Below, one piece after another: positions 39,766-48,532 of a DNA stretch of 64,000 bases (position 1 is the first letter of the stretch; each line of letters opens with the position of its first letter). Below the pieces are notes generated by a model. That model saw only the letters and a list, made by a program, of their open reading frames with translations, ran no database searches and was not told where the DNA came from. The position numbers and the translations under genes were made by a program. The DNA comes from Sphaerochaetaceae bacterium (GTDB lineage Bacteria > Spirochaetota > Spirochaetia > Sphaerochaetales > Sphaerochaetaceae): contig OY782833.1 of assembly GCA_963678415.1 (NCBI GenBank), forward strand, positions 818,648-882,647, written 5' to 3'.

Positions 39766-40356
39766 TTATTCAGTTACAGGAGCTTCTTTTTCTTCTTCAC
39801 TAGCAACTTCTTTTGCAGCAGCAGCAGCTTCTTCAGCAGCTTTCTTTTCAGCTTCTTTTGCAGCTTTTTCAGCAGCTTTCTTTTCTTCTGCTTCACGAGC
39901 TTTAATTTGAGCTTCACTTTCTACAACAAGTTTAACAGTAGCATAGTCTTTTTCATATAGGTGAACACGAACAGTATAGTTACCAACCATTTTGATCATG
40001 TTTGAAGGTACATCAATTTTCTTTCTTTCAATTTCGATACCTTCTTTTGATAAAGCTTCTTGAACAGTTGCAGAAGAAACACTACCAAATAATTTACCTG
40101 TATCACCAGCTGAAACAACTAAATTTAAAGTTAAATCATCTAATTTTTCTTTTAAGCTAGCAGAAGCTTGTCTTTTTTCAGCTTTTCTTGCTTCAATTGC
40201 TTTTGCACGACTATTTACAATAGACATATTAGTTTTATTGTAAACTACTGCAAATCCTTGTGGTAATAAATAGTTACGAGCATAACCATCTTTTACTACT
40301 ACTACATCACCCTCTTCACCGAGGTTTATAACATCCTGATTAAGAATAATCTTCAT
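39766..40356 (-). CDS. rplI: 50S ribosomal protein L9 with A/E/K-rich C-terminal tail
   Basis: MKIILNQDVINLGEEGDVVVVKDGYARNYLLPQG. Start at 40356 follows an AAGGAG SD. Confidence 0.9.
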   Translation of the reverse strand: MKIILNQDVINLGEEGDVVVVKDGYARNYLLPQGFAVVYNKTNMSIVNSRAKAIEARKAEKRQASASLKEKLDDLTLNLVVSAGDTGKLFGSVSSATVQEALSKEGIEIERKKIDVPSNMIKMVGNYTVRVHLYEKDYATVKLVVESEAQIKAREAEEKKAAEKAAKEAEKKAAEEAAAAAKEVASEEEKEAPVTE

Positions 40357-40375
40357 ATTGAAAACTCCTTCTCTC

Positions 40376-41329
40376 TTACTTTCTATATGTAAACCATGTC
40401 TCCGTAACACCAAATATTGGTAGTCCGACGACAGCAACTATGTTCAAACCTTGAAATAGTATAACCAAGAACAATGTAAGTCCAAAAACTCTAGCTGCTC
40501 TAGTATGATATCCTTTAGCTCTTCTCTTATATAAGAAAATTGCTAAGGCTTGAATTGAAAACAATAATGCCAAATATAATAATAAGTTTATCACAATTAA
40601 AGAAATACTCAATGAATAATCAATAAATACTCCTAAAAGCAATAATATTAAACTTGCTAAGAAGGCCCACATAAAACCTTCTGGTAGTTTCCAATTTTTT
40701 ACTCTTTCATCAAAACTCTCATCCCCAAAATACTTTGGAGTAGAAAGTGCAAAGAAAGCATTAAAGCCAAATATACCAGCACCCAAAGGCAATAACATTG
40801 AAAAAACAACAACTCTTAAAGTTGAAAACAACTCTTGAGTAGGAACACCTAATAAAAGAGATGTTTGTTGTGATTCCTGATTCAAAAATGCATTCAAGGC
40901 ATCAACTATTGCTTTATCCACAGCCAAAGCCATTTCAGAATTAGATTTGAACCAAAAACCTACTATTACCATTACAAGGGCAACAACCAATGAGCTGGCT
41001 ATATATCGATATAACAATCTATAACCATCTAAAAGGACCCAAACGATTGAACTTCCTATAAGAACTATCGGTAAGAACAACCCAATAGAGAGCATACCCA
41101 TTACACTTTTATCAGCGAACTGATTTCTTACTGGAAAAATTTCCATTATAAGAACAAATACTAATAAACATAGTAAAGCTAATAAAGTTTTAGCTCTCTC
41201 TCTACTACGAGAATAATAAAATAATAAAGGTAGCACTAATAAAAACGAAGTAAACCCAACAAAATAAAATACTGCACTCATTACTAATGCAAAATATATT
41301 GAATTATTTCTTCGATCTATTACAACCAT
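40376..41329 (-). CDS. Polytopic membrane protein (YybS/DUF2232-like by position and topology)
   Basis: About 8 hydrophobic helices. Its position between rpsR and rplI matches the yybS position in Firmicute-type operons. Confidence 0.5.
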   Translation of the reverse strand: MVVIDRRNNSIYFALVMSAVFYFVGFTSFLLVLPLLFYYSRSRERAKTLLALLCLLVFVLIMEIFPVRNQFADKSVMGMLSIGLFLPIVLIGSSIVWVLLDGYRLLYRYIASSLVVALVMVIVGFWFKSNSEMALAVDKAIVDALNAFLNQESQQTSLLLGVPTQELFSTLRVVVFSMLLPLGAGIFGFNAFFALSTPKYFGDESFDERVKNWKLPEGFMWAFLASLILLLLGVFIDYSLSISLIVINLLLYLALLFSIQALAIFLYKRRAKGYHTRAARVFGLTLFLVILFQGLNIVAVVGLPIFGVTETWFTYRK

Positions 41330-41339
41330 ACAATACCTA

Positions 41340-41621
41340 TTATTTTTTCTCGAAAGGTAAGTATCCTAAGATACGAGCCTTTTTAATCTCAGCAGTAACA
41401 GCTCTTTGGTGTTTTGCACAGTTACCAGTAATACGTGCAGGAAGAATTTTACCTCTTTCTGTTGTATATCTCTTTAACTGATCAGGATTCTTATAATCAG
41501 GTGCACTTTCGTTAGCACAGAATCTACAAACCTTTTTTCTAAAACCGCCACGGCGACCTGTATTTTTTCTAGGTGCTTTACTGTCTTTCTTTTCGTCTTT
41601 AGCGTCATTTTTTTCGCGCAT
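41340..41621 (-). CDS. rpsR: 30S ribosomal protein S18
   Basis: FRKKVCRFC...[21 protein letters not shown]...KHQR. Confidence 0.9.
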   Translation of the reverse strand: MREKNDAKDEKKDSKAPRKNTGRRGGFRKKVCRFCANESAPDYKNPDQLKRYTTERGKILPARITGNCAKHQRAVTAEIKKARILGYLPFEKK

Positions 41622-41641
41622 TATTCGTTTCTCCTTAGATC

Positions 41642-42196
41642 TTAAAATGGAATATCATCGGCAAAATCTTCTGGTCCGCCATTCATTGGAAAATCATCTA
41701 CTGAATCATTCATATTTTTATTAGTATTCATATTATTTGAATAACTGTTACCAGTATTTCCAAACTGTTGATTTCCTTTGTTATTATAGCTTTGAGAATT
41801 TTGACCATTATAGCCTTGATTTTGATTTCCATTATTCACATAAGCTTGTCGGTTATTATTATTAGAACTACTTCCCAACAAACTCAAAGAATTTACAATG
41901 ACTACAACTTTACTTCTTTTTTGTCCATTAGTTTCCCAAGTTTGTTGGTCCAAATATCCTTGGACTGAAACTTGTTGACCTTTTGTAAGATATTGACTAA
42001 CCCCTTCAGCAGCTTTTCCAAAATATGAACAGTCAAAAAAGCTTACGCTATCATTCCAAGAGCCATCTTGAGATTTCTTTCTTCTGTTAACTGCAAGAGT
42101 AAAAGAACAAATAGCAAATCCTGTATTTGTATAACGCATTTCACAAGGGCGAGTTAGTCTACCAACTAACGCAACAATATTTAAATCAGTAGCCAT
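41642..42196 (-). CDS. ssb: Single-stranded DNA-binding protein
   Basis: OB-fold N-terminus ([18 protein letters not shown]), N/Q-rich linker, and C-terminal acidic tip DDIPF. Confidence 0.9.
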   Translation of the reverse strand: MATDLNIVALVGRLTRPCEMRYTNTGFAICSFTLAVNRRKKSQDGSWNDSVSFFDCSYFGKAAEGVSQYLTKGQQVSVQGYLDQQTWETNGQKRSKVVVIVNSLSLLGSSSNNNNRQAYVNNGNQNQGYNGQNSQSYNNKGNQQFGNTGNSYSNNMNTNKNMNDSVDDFPMNGGPEDFADDIPF

Positions 42197-42225
42197 ATAC
42201 CATCTCCATTTTCAATTAATTAAAC

Positions 42226-42507
42226 TTATTTTTCTTTCTTTACAAATAAGAACTTAACAATTGAGTTATTTAGTAAGAACTTTTTCTCAAAAGAAACAAT
42301 AGTTGAAGGGTCTGCTGATAATTCATAGTAATAATAGTGACCTTTGTCTTGTTTCTTCATTTCATAGGCGAATAATTTAACGCCCAAGTCTTCTTGCTTA
42401 GTGATTTCAACACCAGCTTCCTCAAATAAACTGGAAACTTGGTTAAGACCAGCTTGAGTATCTTCTTCATTTGCTTTGAAGATTACTGTGAACTCATAAT
42501 TTCTCAT
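42226..42507 (-). CDS. rpsF: 30S ribosomal protein S6
   Basis: MRNYEFTVIF... AAGGAGG SD. Confidence 0.9.
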   Translation of the reverse strand: MRNYEFTVIFKANEEDTQAGLNQVSSLFEEAGVEITKQEDLGVKLFAYEMKKQDKGHYYYYELSADPSTIVSFEKKFLLNNSIVKFLFVKKEK

Positions 42508-42626
42508 GCGTCCTCCTTACGGACATTAGATCCACATTTAGTGGATAAAGAGGCTTCTTTATAATCCATTTATAATATTATAAAGCGTGTGTTTGCCATT
42601 CAAACACATCAACTGACACTGTTCGC
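42508..42626 (-). promoter_or_regulatory. rpsF promoter plus hairpin-containing leader (candidate S6:S18 autoregulatory leader)
   Basis: Minus strand: TTGAAT (42603-42598), then TATAAT/TAATAT (42582-42575). The leader has hairpins ATAAAGA-AGCC-TCTTTAT and TCCAC-TAAAT-GTGGA just upstream of the SD. Confidence 0.35.
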
Positions 42627-42657
42627 TAGAAAACCGCCGGAAGAATAACCGACGGTT
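42627..42657 (-). terminator. Rho-independent terminator of the small basic-protein gene
   Basis: Minus strand: AACCGTCGG-TTATTCTT-CCGGCGGTT (9 bp, one G-U) followed by TTCT. Confidence 0.6.
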
Positions 42658-42704
42658 AGTAGCCAGGTACTGCTTTAAGCAGCAAAAGCAAAATTGCCTA
42701 AGAA

Positions 42705-42794
42705 TTACTTATTTTTATGTCTATTCTTTCTTAGTTTTTTCTTTCTCTTGTGAGTTGCAATCTTATGCTTTTTTCTTTTTCTTCCACAAGGCAC
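42705..42794 (-). CDS. 29-aa highly basic protein (bS22 / AURKAIP1-COX24-like small ribosomal protein candidate)
   Basis: Not in the ORF track because it is below 60 aa. AAGGAG, 7 nt, then GTG. The translation is MPCGRKRKKHKIATHKRKKKLRKNRHKNK*. Its own terminator lies downstream. Confidence 0.55.
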   Translation of the reverse strand: MPCGRKRKKHKIATHKRKKKLRKNRHKNK

Positions 42795-43091
42795 TGTAAA
42801 GCTCCTTAAATATGATTTTTCGGTTATATTGTCACAACGTGACCCGAAGTAATTTAATAATTATTCATTATAAGTTTGCAATAAATATAAGATAATGTCA
42901 ATCAACCTATTTTTGAGCAAACCTCTATTAGAATATTGATTTTATAACTATTTTTCAAGGTTAAAACTATAAAATTATATGAGTTTTTTAAACTTTGAAT
43001 TAATTATAATTAAATGTATCTTTTTATTGTTCAATATTGTTAATAATTTATAAAAGAGTATATAATACATCTATAAGCTGGGGAGAGAAAA

Positions 43092-44396
43092 ATGAAGGTA
43101 TTAATATTTGGATTAGGTGTAAATGGTGGTGGATTTACAGCTGCTAAATATTTTCTAGAACATAACCATCAAGTTTTAGTATCAGACATAAAAAATGAAA
43201 ATTCTTTTGAAAAGGCTTTAAAGGTTTTAAAAGAATTAGGAGCAAAATTTCGATTAGGAGAACATCAAATTGAAGATTTCTTATGGGCTGATTTGGTTAT
43301 AAAAAATCCAGGAATTCTTCCAAGCAATAAATATCTACAATATGCAAAGCATATTACAACAGATTTTGCTTATTTATTTGACAATTTTAATCTAGATAAA
43401 ACTAAAATAATTGGAATAACAGGAACAAAGGGGAAAACCACTACTTCTCATGCGATTTACCATGTTTTAAAAAAATCAGGATATAACGCAAAATTAGTTG
43501 GAAATATGGGAATTAGCGCATTTGAAATTGCTTCATACTTAGAAAAATCAGAAAACACAATAGATTTTCTTATATGTGAATTTTCATCATGGCAATTAAG
43601 GGATACTTTCTTGTACATGAAAAATGAATTTCCACAAACACAAATATCAATATTTACAAACCTTCTTGAAGATCATCAAAACACATACGATTCTATGGAA
43701 AGATATCTACAAGATAAACTAAAACTTTTTAATAAAAATACTAAAATTGCAATTTGTCCAAAAGCTTTTGAGAACACAATCAAAGAAATTACAAATTTAA
43801 AAAAGAAAAATATAATTTTCAGCGATGAAAAAATTGATAAAGAATTCTTAGAAAAACCTGAATTAATTCCTGCATATAAGGCTTTATTAGCTCTAAATAT
43901 TAAAAAAGAAAATATTTTTAAACATTTAAATACTTTTAAAGGCGTTGCTCATAGAATTGAATGGGTTGGTTTTTTAGATAATATACTATTTGTTAATGAT
44001 AGTGCTGCAACAATACCTGAAGCAATAGAATTTAGCATATCACATTTTAATAAAGTAAATGTTCATCTAATTTGTGGTGGTACAGATAAAAATTTAAAAG
44101 TAGATTATATGATTAATACTATTAGAAAAGCAAAATCATTAACTCTTTTAGATGGTTCTTTTACCCAAAATAAATTAATACCATATTTAAAAGATAATAA
44201 TATAAAATTTTATGGACCATATCATAATATGAATAATGCTTTTGATAACACTCTAGCTTTAGCAAAAGAAGATGATTCAATTAGCATGAAAGTTGTATTG
44301 CTTTCCCCTGGAGCAGCTAGTTTTGATTTATTCATTAATGAATTTGATAGAGGAAATCAATTTAAAAAATTAGCAAAACAAATTATCGATAAATAG
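43092..44396 (+). CDS. murD: UDP-N-acetylmuramoyl-L-alanine--D-glutamate ligase
   Basis: GLGVNGGG N-terminal Rossmann motif, GITGTKGKTTT P-loop, and Mur ligase central and C-terminal domains. Confidence 0.9.
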   Translation: MKVLIFGLGVNGGGFTAAKYFLEHNHQVLVSDIKNENSFEKALKVLKELGAKFRLGEHQIEDFLWADLVIKNPGILPSNKYLQYAKHITTDFAYLFDNFNLDKTKIIGITGTKGKTTTSHAIYHVLKKSGYNAKLVGNMGISAFEIASYLEKSENTIDFLICEFSSWQLRDTFLYMKNEFPQTQISIFTNLLEDHQNTYDSMERYLQDKLKLFNKNTKIAICPKAFENTIKEITNLKKKNIIFSDEKIDKEFLEKPELIPAYKALLALNIKKENIFKHLNTFKGVAHRIEWVGFLDNILFVNDSAATIPEAIEFSISHFNKVNVHLICGGTDKNLKVDYMINTIRKAKSLTLLDGSFTQNKLIPYLKDNNIKFYGPYHNMNNAFDNTLALAKEDDSISMKVVLLSPGAASFDLFINEFDRGNQFKKLAKQIIDK

Positions 44397-45363
44397 AATT
44401 TCTTACCTTTTCAGCAAGCTTATAACCCTTATATAAAATCTTATTAATAGGTAAATCTAATGTTGGAACTCTTTTCAAAATTTCACCACCAAAAGAAGTC
44501 TTGAAAAGAGTCAAGCTTTTAAGGTGTTTAGAATTTGTCTCATCCCCTATTCCATACAAATCATAAATTTTAATATTTTGCTCTTTTAAATTATCTATTG
44601 CAAAATCTTGTATTGAATAACTAGCTGATATATTATCAATCTTTTTTGAAGCCCCTAATAAATATACGGCTAAAGATTTGGAAGAAATTAAAATAATTCC
44701 ACCTACAACTTCTTCATTATAATAAGCAAATAATAGTTGAACTTTAACATCTTTTTTAGTAGTTAAAATTTTAGAAACATAATCATAACTTCTAGGTTGA
44801 AAACCATCTCTTTTTGCTGTCTCAACATAAATATTATACCAAATATCAATATTTTCTTTGTTTATATCTACACTAACAGTTTTTATAATATCTTTATTTT
44901 TATTTAAATTTCTTTTTGCTCTTTTCTTATATTTCGCTTTTATATTTTCAATAGAATCATCTAAATCAATTCTAATAGTTAACTCCGGTTGAACACTTTC
45001 CTTATTTAAAATAAAGCTTTTAGAGAAATCTAATTCATTAGAATATTCATAAGGTAAATCAATTTTAAAAAATACAATTTTATTAGTTATTAGTTTGTTT
45101 ATAAGAAGTAAAGCTGTTTTTAACTTTTCTTGATCCAAAAGAGTATTGTTATAAAGAGAAACTGGAGAAAAAGGAATATAAGCAATACAAAAGTTCATAA
45201 GCAAGGATTTAGTTAATACAATAATTTCATAACTAAATTCATCATCTATAATCAAAAATGCAGTTGCATCCCAGTTGTTATGGCTTTTTATTTCTGCCCA
45301 ATATTCACTAACAAAAGGATTTTTTACACTTAATTCATTTAAACCAATCTTTTTAACATTCAT
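44383..45363 (-). CDS. FemAB-family peptidoglycan cross-bridge aminoacyltransferase
   Basis: 326 aa with two GNAT-like halves and the typical FemX layout (…YNIYVETAKRDGF…, …LYGIGD…LKSLTLFKTSFGG…). Confidence 0.7.
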   Translation of the reverse strand: MNVKKIGLNELSVKNPFVSEYWAEIKSHNNWDATAFLIIDDEFSYEIIVLTKSLLMNFCIAYIPFSPVSLYNNTLLDQEKLKTALLLINKLITNKIVFFKIDLPYEYSNELDFSKSFILNKESVQPELTIRIDLDDSIENIKAKYKKRAKRNLNKNKDIIKTVSVDINKENIDIWYNIYVETAKRDGFQPRSYDYVSKILTTKKDVKVQLLFAYYNEEVVGGIILISSKSLAVYLLGASKKIDNISASYSIQDFAIDNLKEQNIKIYDLYGIGDETNSKHLKSLTLFKTSFGGEILKRVPTLDLPINKILYKGYKLAEKVRNSIYR

Positions 45364-45379
45364 TTTTAGATTATAAACC

Positions 45380-46063
45380 CTAATTGCTAATTATCTCAAC
45401 TCTTACATACCCTTCCATATCCCAATATCTATTTACTGGTGTGGTATAACCATTCCATCTAAAGTTAAAATAAATAAGATCTAAAGAATTTAAGCCTGAA
45501 GGTATTCTAATATTATATCCATATTTTTTTGCTGGAACAGTTCTATTTTCATAAGTAATACTTGAACTTTGGTTTTGAACATTACTATCAGCTTCAATAT
45601 AATTATATGTAGTAGATCCCCATGGCCAACTACTTACTGAGAAAGTTTTATTAGATAAAGTTTCATTTAAATAAATTGGAACGCTTGGATAATTATTTTG
45701 TGAAAATAATGTGTCATCAACTGGTACAAAATAATTTGAAAAATAAATATTCAATGTATAATTTTTTGTCGAACCATAATAACTCCAGTAATTATAATTA
45801 CTATAAAGATAAATATTAAAATTTTCAGTTTGATTTGGTACACTTAAGTCGTAATCAGCAGTTTGATATTGGATTGTTGATTGATTATAATCAATACTTT
45901 GAGAATTTGCAGAAAGTATAAAAAGCGGTTCTTCATTAGGATTCCATATGCCATATATTTCTAAAGGCACACCAGGGGGTGCCACCTCTATTCTTTCGCT
46001 AGCAAAAATAAAAGTTGCAAGTGTTGTCATAAATAGCAATAAAATTAATCTTTTAATTTTCAT
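45380..46063 (-). CDS. Secreted N/Y/S-rich protein, function unknown
   Basis: Signal peptide MKIKRLILLLFMTTLATFIFA. Beta-rich, low-charge mature region. It ends 17 nt before the femAB-like start. Confidence 0.5.
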   Translation of the reverse strand: MKIKRLILLLFMTTLATFIFASERIEVAPPGVPLEIYGIWNPNEEPLFILSANSQSIDYNQSTIQYQTADYDLSVPNQTENFNIYLYSNYNYWSYYGSTKNYTLNIYFSNYFVPVDDTLFSQNNYPSVPIYLNETLSNKTFSVSSWPWGSTTYNYIEADSNVQNQSSSITYENRTVPAKKYGYNIRIPSGLNSLDLIYFNFRWNGYTTPVNRYWDMEGYVRVEIISN

Positions 46064-46208
46064 ATTCCCGTCTCTTCTTCCTTATTTCACTCATAATCTA
46101 ACATGAAAAAATAAATATAACAAGATTATTAACTATTTATTTATTAAAAAGATTACAAATATGGACAAATTTATTGACAATTAATACCAATCATATTAAT
46201 CTTATGAC

Positions 46209-47387
46209 ATGAGAACAGCAAGAATTATTAAATCAATTTCGATTTTATTTTTATTATATATTTTTTCAGTATCTTTTTGTTTTGCCTACGATCCAAGTTC
46301 AGAAACAAAAGCGGGCTACTTTGATATTGAAGAGATTACTTATACTCCAATAGTTACGAATACTGATGGTATAAACTATTATCAAGGGTATGGTTCTAGC
46401 AAAACTGTTAAAGTTATTAAAATTGCTGATTTGTACAACGCTACCACATCTAGTGAAAGTTATAAGGCTATCCCTCATATTAATATTGAAAATTACACTG
46501 CAACTCTTTCTAATCATTATGATCCTAATTCTGATGGTTATAAAGCCTGGTCTTGTAATTTACTTGCTAAAGTATCAGTTGATTATAGATACAGAAATGA
46601 TGAAACTTTCTATTTTGAACTTGGTACTAATGATCAAGTATATGAAGATGATGGATACGACCCTGTAAAAACATATCTATATCATAGAGCATATCTTCCT
46701 GATATTGCTCGGAGTTTTACAATAACATTATATTATATAATTGATGAATCTTCTGAAACTCTACCTACAAATGCATATCTATATCTTGATACCGATGGGC
46801 CAACAAACTATTATTTATTCTATATACAAAATAATGTAAGTGAAATAATTTTCTATAATAGTAATTTAACAGATAGTATGACAATTCCTACAGTACCAGC
46901 TTTTGATCCAGAGCCTTCATCTTTCTTAAATATCAATGCTAGTAAACCTAGTAGTTGGACTGAAAGCAGTTTCTTTGATAATCTCGGATCAACTAATCTA
47001 GAATGGATTGTTTCTCTCCAAGCTGGGACAAACACTGGAAATACAACAAATAATGATTATTATGTTGGTTTACAAATTACGAGTAAAAATGATTTTAATC
47101 TGATATCAACAAATCCAGGCTCAGGGATAAAAGAAATTCCTTATTCCCTTAAGTTAAGTAAGAGAAACAATAGACCTAATAGAACAGTTACAGTCGATGC
47201 CAATGATATAATAAAAGTTGATAACATTAGTGATAGTGAAACTAGAGATTTTTATATCTATTCATATTCAAATGCATCAACCTATAATTTAAATGCTGGA
47301 AAATTTTCAGATACAATTTATTTAAACTTTATAACTGATTTAACTCAAAATGATTCAAGTTTTACTGATTCAATTGATGTATTCTAA
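46209..47387 (+). CDS. Secreted N/Y/S/T-rich protein with pilin-like C-terminal motif, function unknown
   Basis: Signal peptide MRTARIIKSISILFLLYIFSVSFCFA. The C-terminal segment ...IPYSLKLS...NLNAGKFSDTIYLNFI resembles the AG.Y.D.(V/I).(V/L) ending of beta-sandwich fimbrial subunits. Confidence 0.5.
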   Translation: MRTARIIKSISILFLLYIFSVSFCFAYDPSSETKAGYFDIEEITYTPIVTNTDGINYYQGYGSSKTVKVIKIADLYNATTSSESYKAIPHINIENYTATLSNHYDPNSDGYKAWSCNLLAKVSVDYRYRNDETFYFELGTNDQVYEDDGYDPVKTYLYHRAYLPDIARSFTITLYYIIDESSETLPTNAYLYLDTDGPTNYYLFYIQNNVSEIIFYNSNLTDSMTIPTVPAFDPEPSSFLNINASKPSSWTESSFFDNLGSTNLEWIVSLQAGTNTGNTTNNDYYVGLQITSKNDFNLISTNPGSGIKEIPYSLKLSKRNNRPNRTVTVDANDIIKVDNISDSETRDFYIYSYSNASTYNLNAGKFSDTIYLNFITDLTQNDSSFTDSIDVF

Positions 47388-47398
47388 ATTAATTAAAA

Positions 47399-47437
47399 AG
47401 GCTTATTGATTATTGCAATAAGCCTCTTATATTTTCT
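47399..47437. terminator. Bidirectional terminator
   Basis: AGGCTTATTG-7nt-CAATAAGCCT with T-rich tails. Confidence 0.55.
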
Positions 47438-48530
47438 AATGGTCAGATTTTAATCCCGCTCCACAGATAGTGATTAAGCTATCACTTAATTTTCCATTAT
47501 TATCACAATATTCTAGATATGCTGCATAATTAGCTGCTGTGGTATGTTCGCAATATATACCTTTTTTTGCTAAAATTTGACGAGCTTCAAGAATTCTATC
47601 TTCTGGAGTATGAATAAATTTAATATGATATTTATAAGCAAATTCTAATATCTCTTCACCTCTCATAGGTTCTCCTATTGCAATACCTTCAGCTAAAGTA
47701 GCTTTAATATTTACTTTTACTGGTTTATGGAGATTATTCTGCTTTGCTGCATAAAGAGGATCGCAAAATTCACTTTGTATTGCATAAATGTTGGGCATAT
47801 GATCAATTACCCCGCTTTCTAATAAATGTTCAAGACCATGAATAACTCCTAAATACAATGTTCCATTACCAACTGGAATAAAAATATTTTCTGGAATCCT
47901 TTTTAATTGTTCATACACTTCATAAATATATGTTTTTGTACCTTCATAAAATAATGGATTAAAAACATGGTTAGCATAATAAACATTATCGTTTTCAACT
48001 TTTTCTCTGCAAACATCTGCACAGTGGTCTCTAGAACCTTCTACAATATTTACTTTAGCTCCATGAGCTTTAATCATATCTATCTTTTTAGGAGAAGTTC
48101 CCTCTGGTACGAATATTTCACATTCAATGTTTGCTTTTGCACTATAAGCTGCAATACTATTTCCAGCATTTCCACTACTATCTTGAACAACAGATTTAAC
48201 TCCAATTGATTTACAATGAGATATTAATACTACAGCACCCCTATCTTTAAAAGATAAAGTTGGCATCATATAATCCATTTTTAAAAATAAATCATTATCA
48301 AATTTAACAATTGGGGTTAAACCTTCACCAAGAGATACATCCTTCCAGCTATCACCCTCGAGTGCTAAAAATTTTCTATATCTGAATAGACTCCATTCAT
48401 TTTTATCAATTTCATCCAAACTAAATTTTGGAGGGGTAAAATCTAATTTCCAAAGTCCACCACATTCACATTTTGGTAAAAGAGTATTTAGTGGAACATG
48501 CTTTTTACATTTTGAACAAACAAAATCCAT
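47436..48530 (-). CDS. Threonine synthase-like PLP-dependent enzyme with N-terminal Cys4 zinc ribbon
   Basis: CSKC...CECG ribbon, PTLSFKDRGA (PLP-Lys motif of the ThrC/TrpB fold type II family), SSGNAG, and GNGT loop. Confidence 0.75.
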   Translation of the reverse strand: MDFVCSKCKKHVPLNTLLPKCECGGLWKLDFTPPKFSLDEIDKNEWSLFRYRKFLALEGDSWKDVSLGEGLTPIVKFDNDLFLKMDYMMPTLSFKDRGAVVLISHCKSIGVKSVVQDSSGNAGNSIAAYSAKANIECEIFVPEGTSPKKIDMIKAHGAKVNIVEGSRDHCADVCREKVENDNVYYANHVFNPLFYEGTKTYIYEVYEQLKRIPENIFIPVGNGTLYLGVIHGLEHLLESGVIDHMPNIYAIQSEFCDPLYAAKQNNLHKPVKVNIKATLAEGIAIGEPMRGEEILEFAYKYHIKFIHTPEDRILEARQILAKKGIYCEHTTAANYAAYLEYCDNNGKLSDSLITICGAGLKSDH

Positions 48531-48532
48531 AA

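Noticed and set aside
41700-41880. Asn/Gln-rich low-complexity stretch in SSB (possible prion-like or repeat element)
   Set aside because: It occupies the normal intrinsically disordered linker between the OB fold and the DDIPF tip. The Asn bias is explained by the AT-rich genome.
42528-42548. DnaA-box-like sequences (TTATCCACT and an inverted AGATCCACA) near rpsF
   Set aside because: This is a single inverted pair forming the TCCAC-TAAAT-GTGGA leader hairpin. There is no cluster of boxes, no AT-rich unwinding element organisation and no dnaA/dnaN nearby, so it is not an origin.
42634-42657. CCGCCGGAAG... segment that superficially resembles the GGAA tetraloop region of SRP (4.5S) RNA
   Set aside because: The flanks do not reproduce the conserved AGG/AGCA symmetric loop. 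On the minus strand it forms a clean 9-bp hairpin plus U-tract immediately after the small basic ORF, so it is a terminator.
46390-46668. 92-aa alternative-frame ORF inside the 392-aa secreted-protein gene
   Set aside because: It is in the same strand but a different frame within a longer ORF that has a signal peptide. It has no SD and a Leu/Ile/Lys-rich nonsense-like composition.
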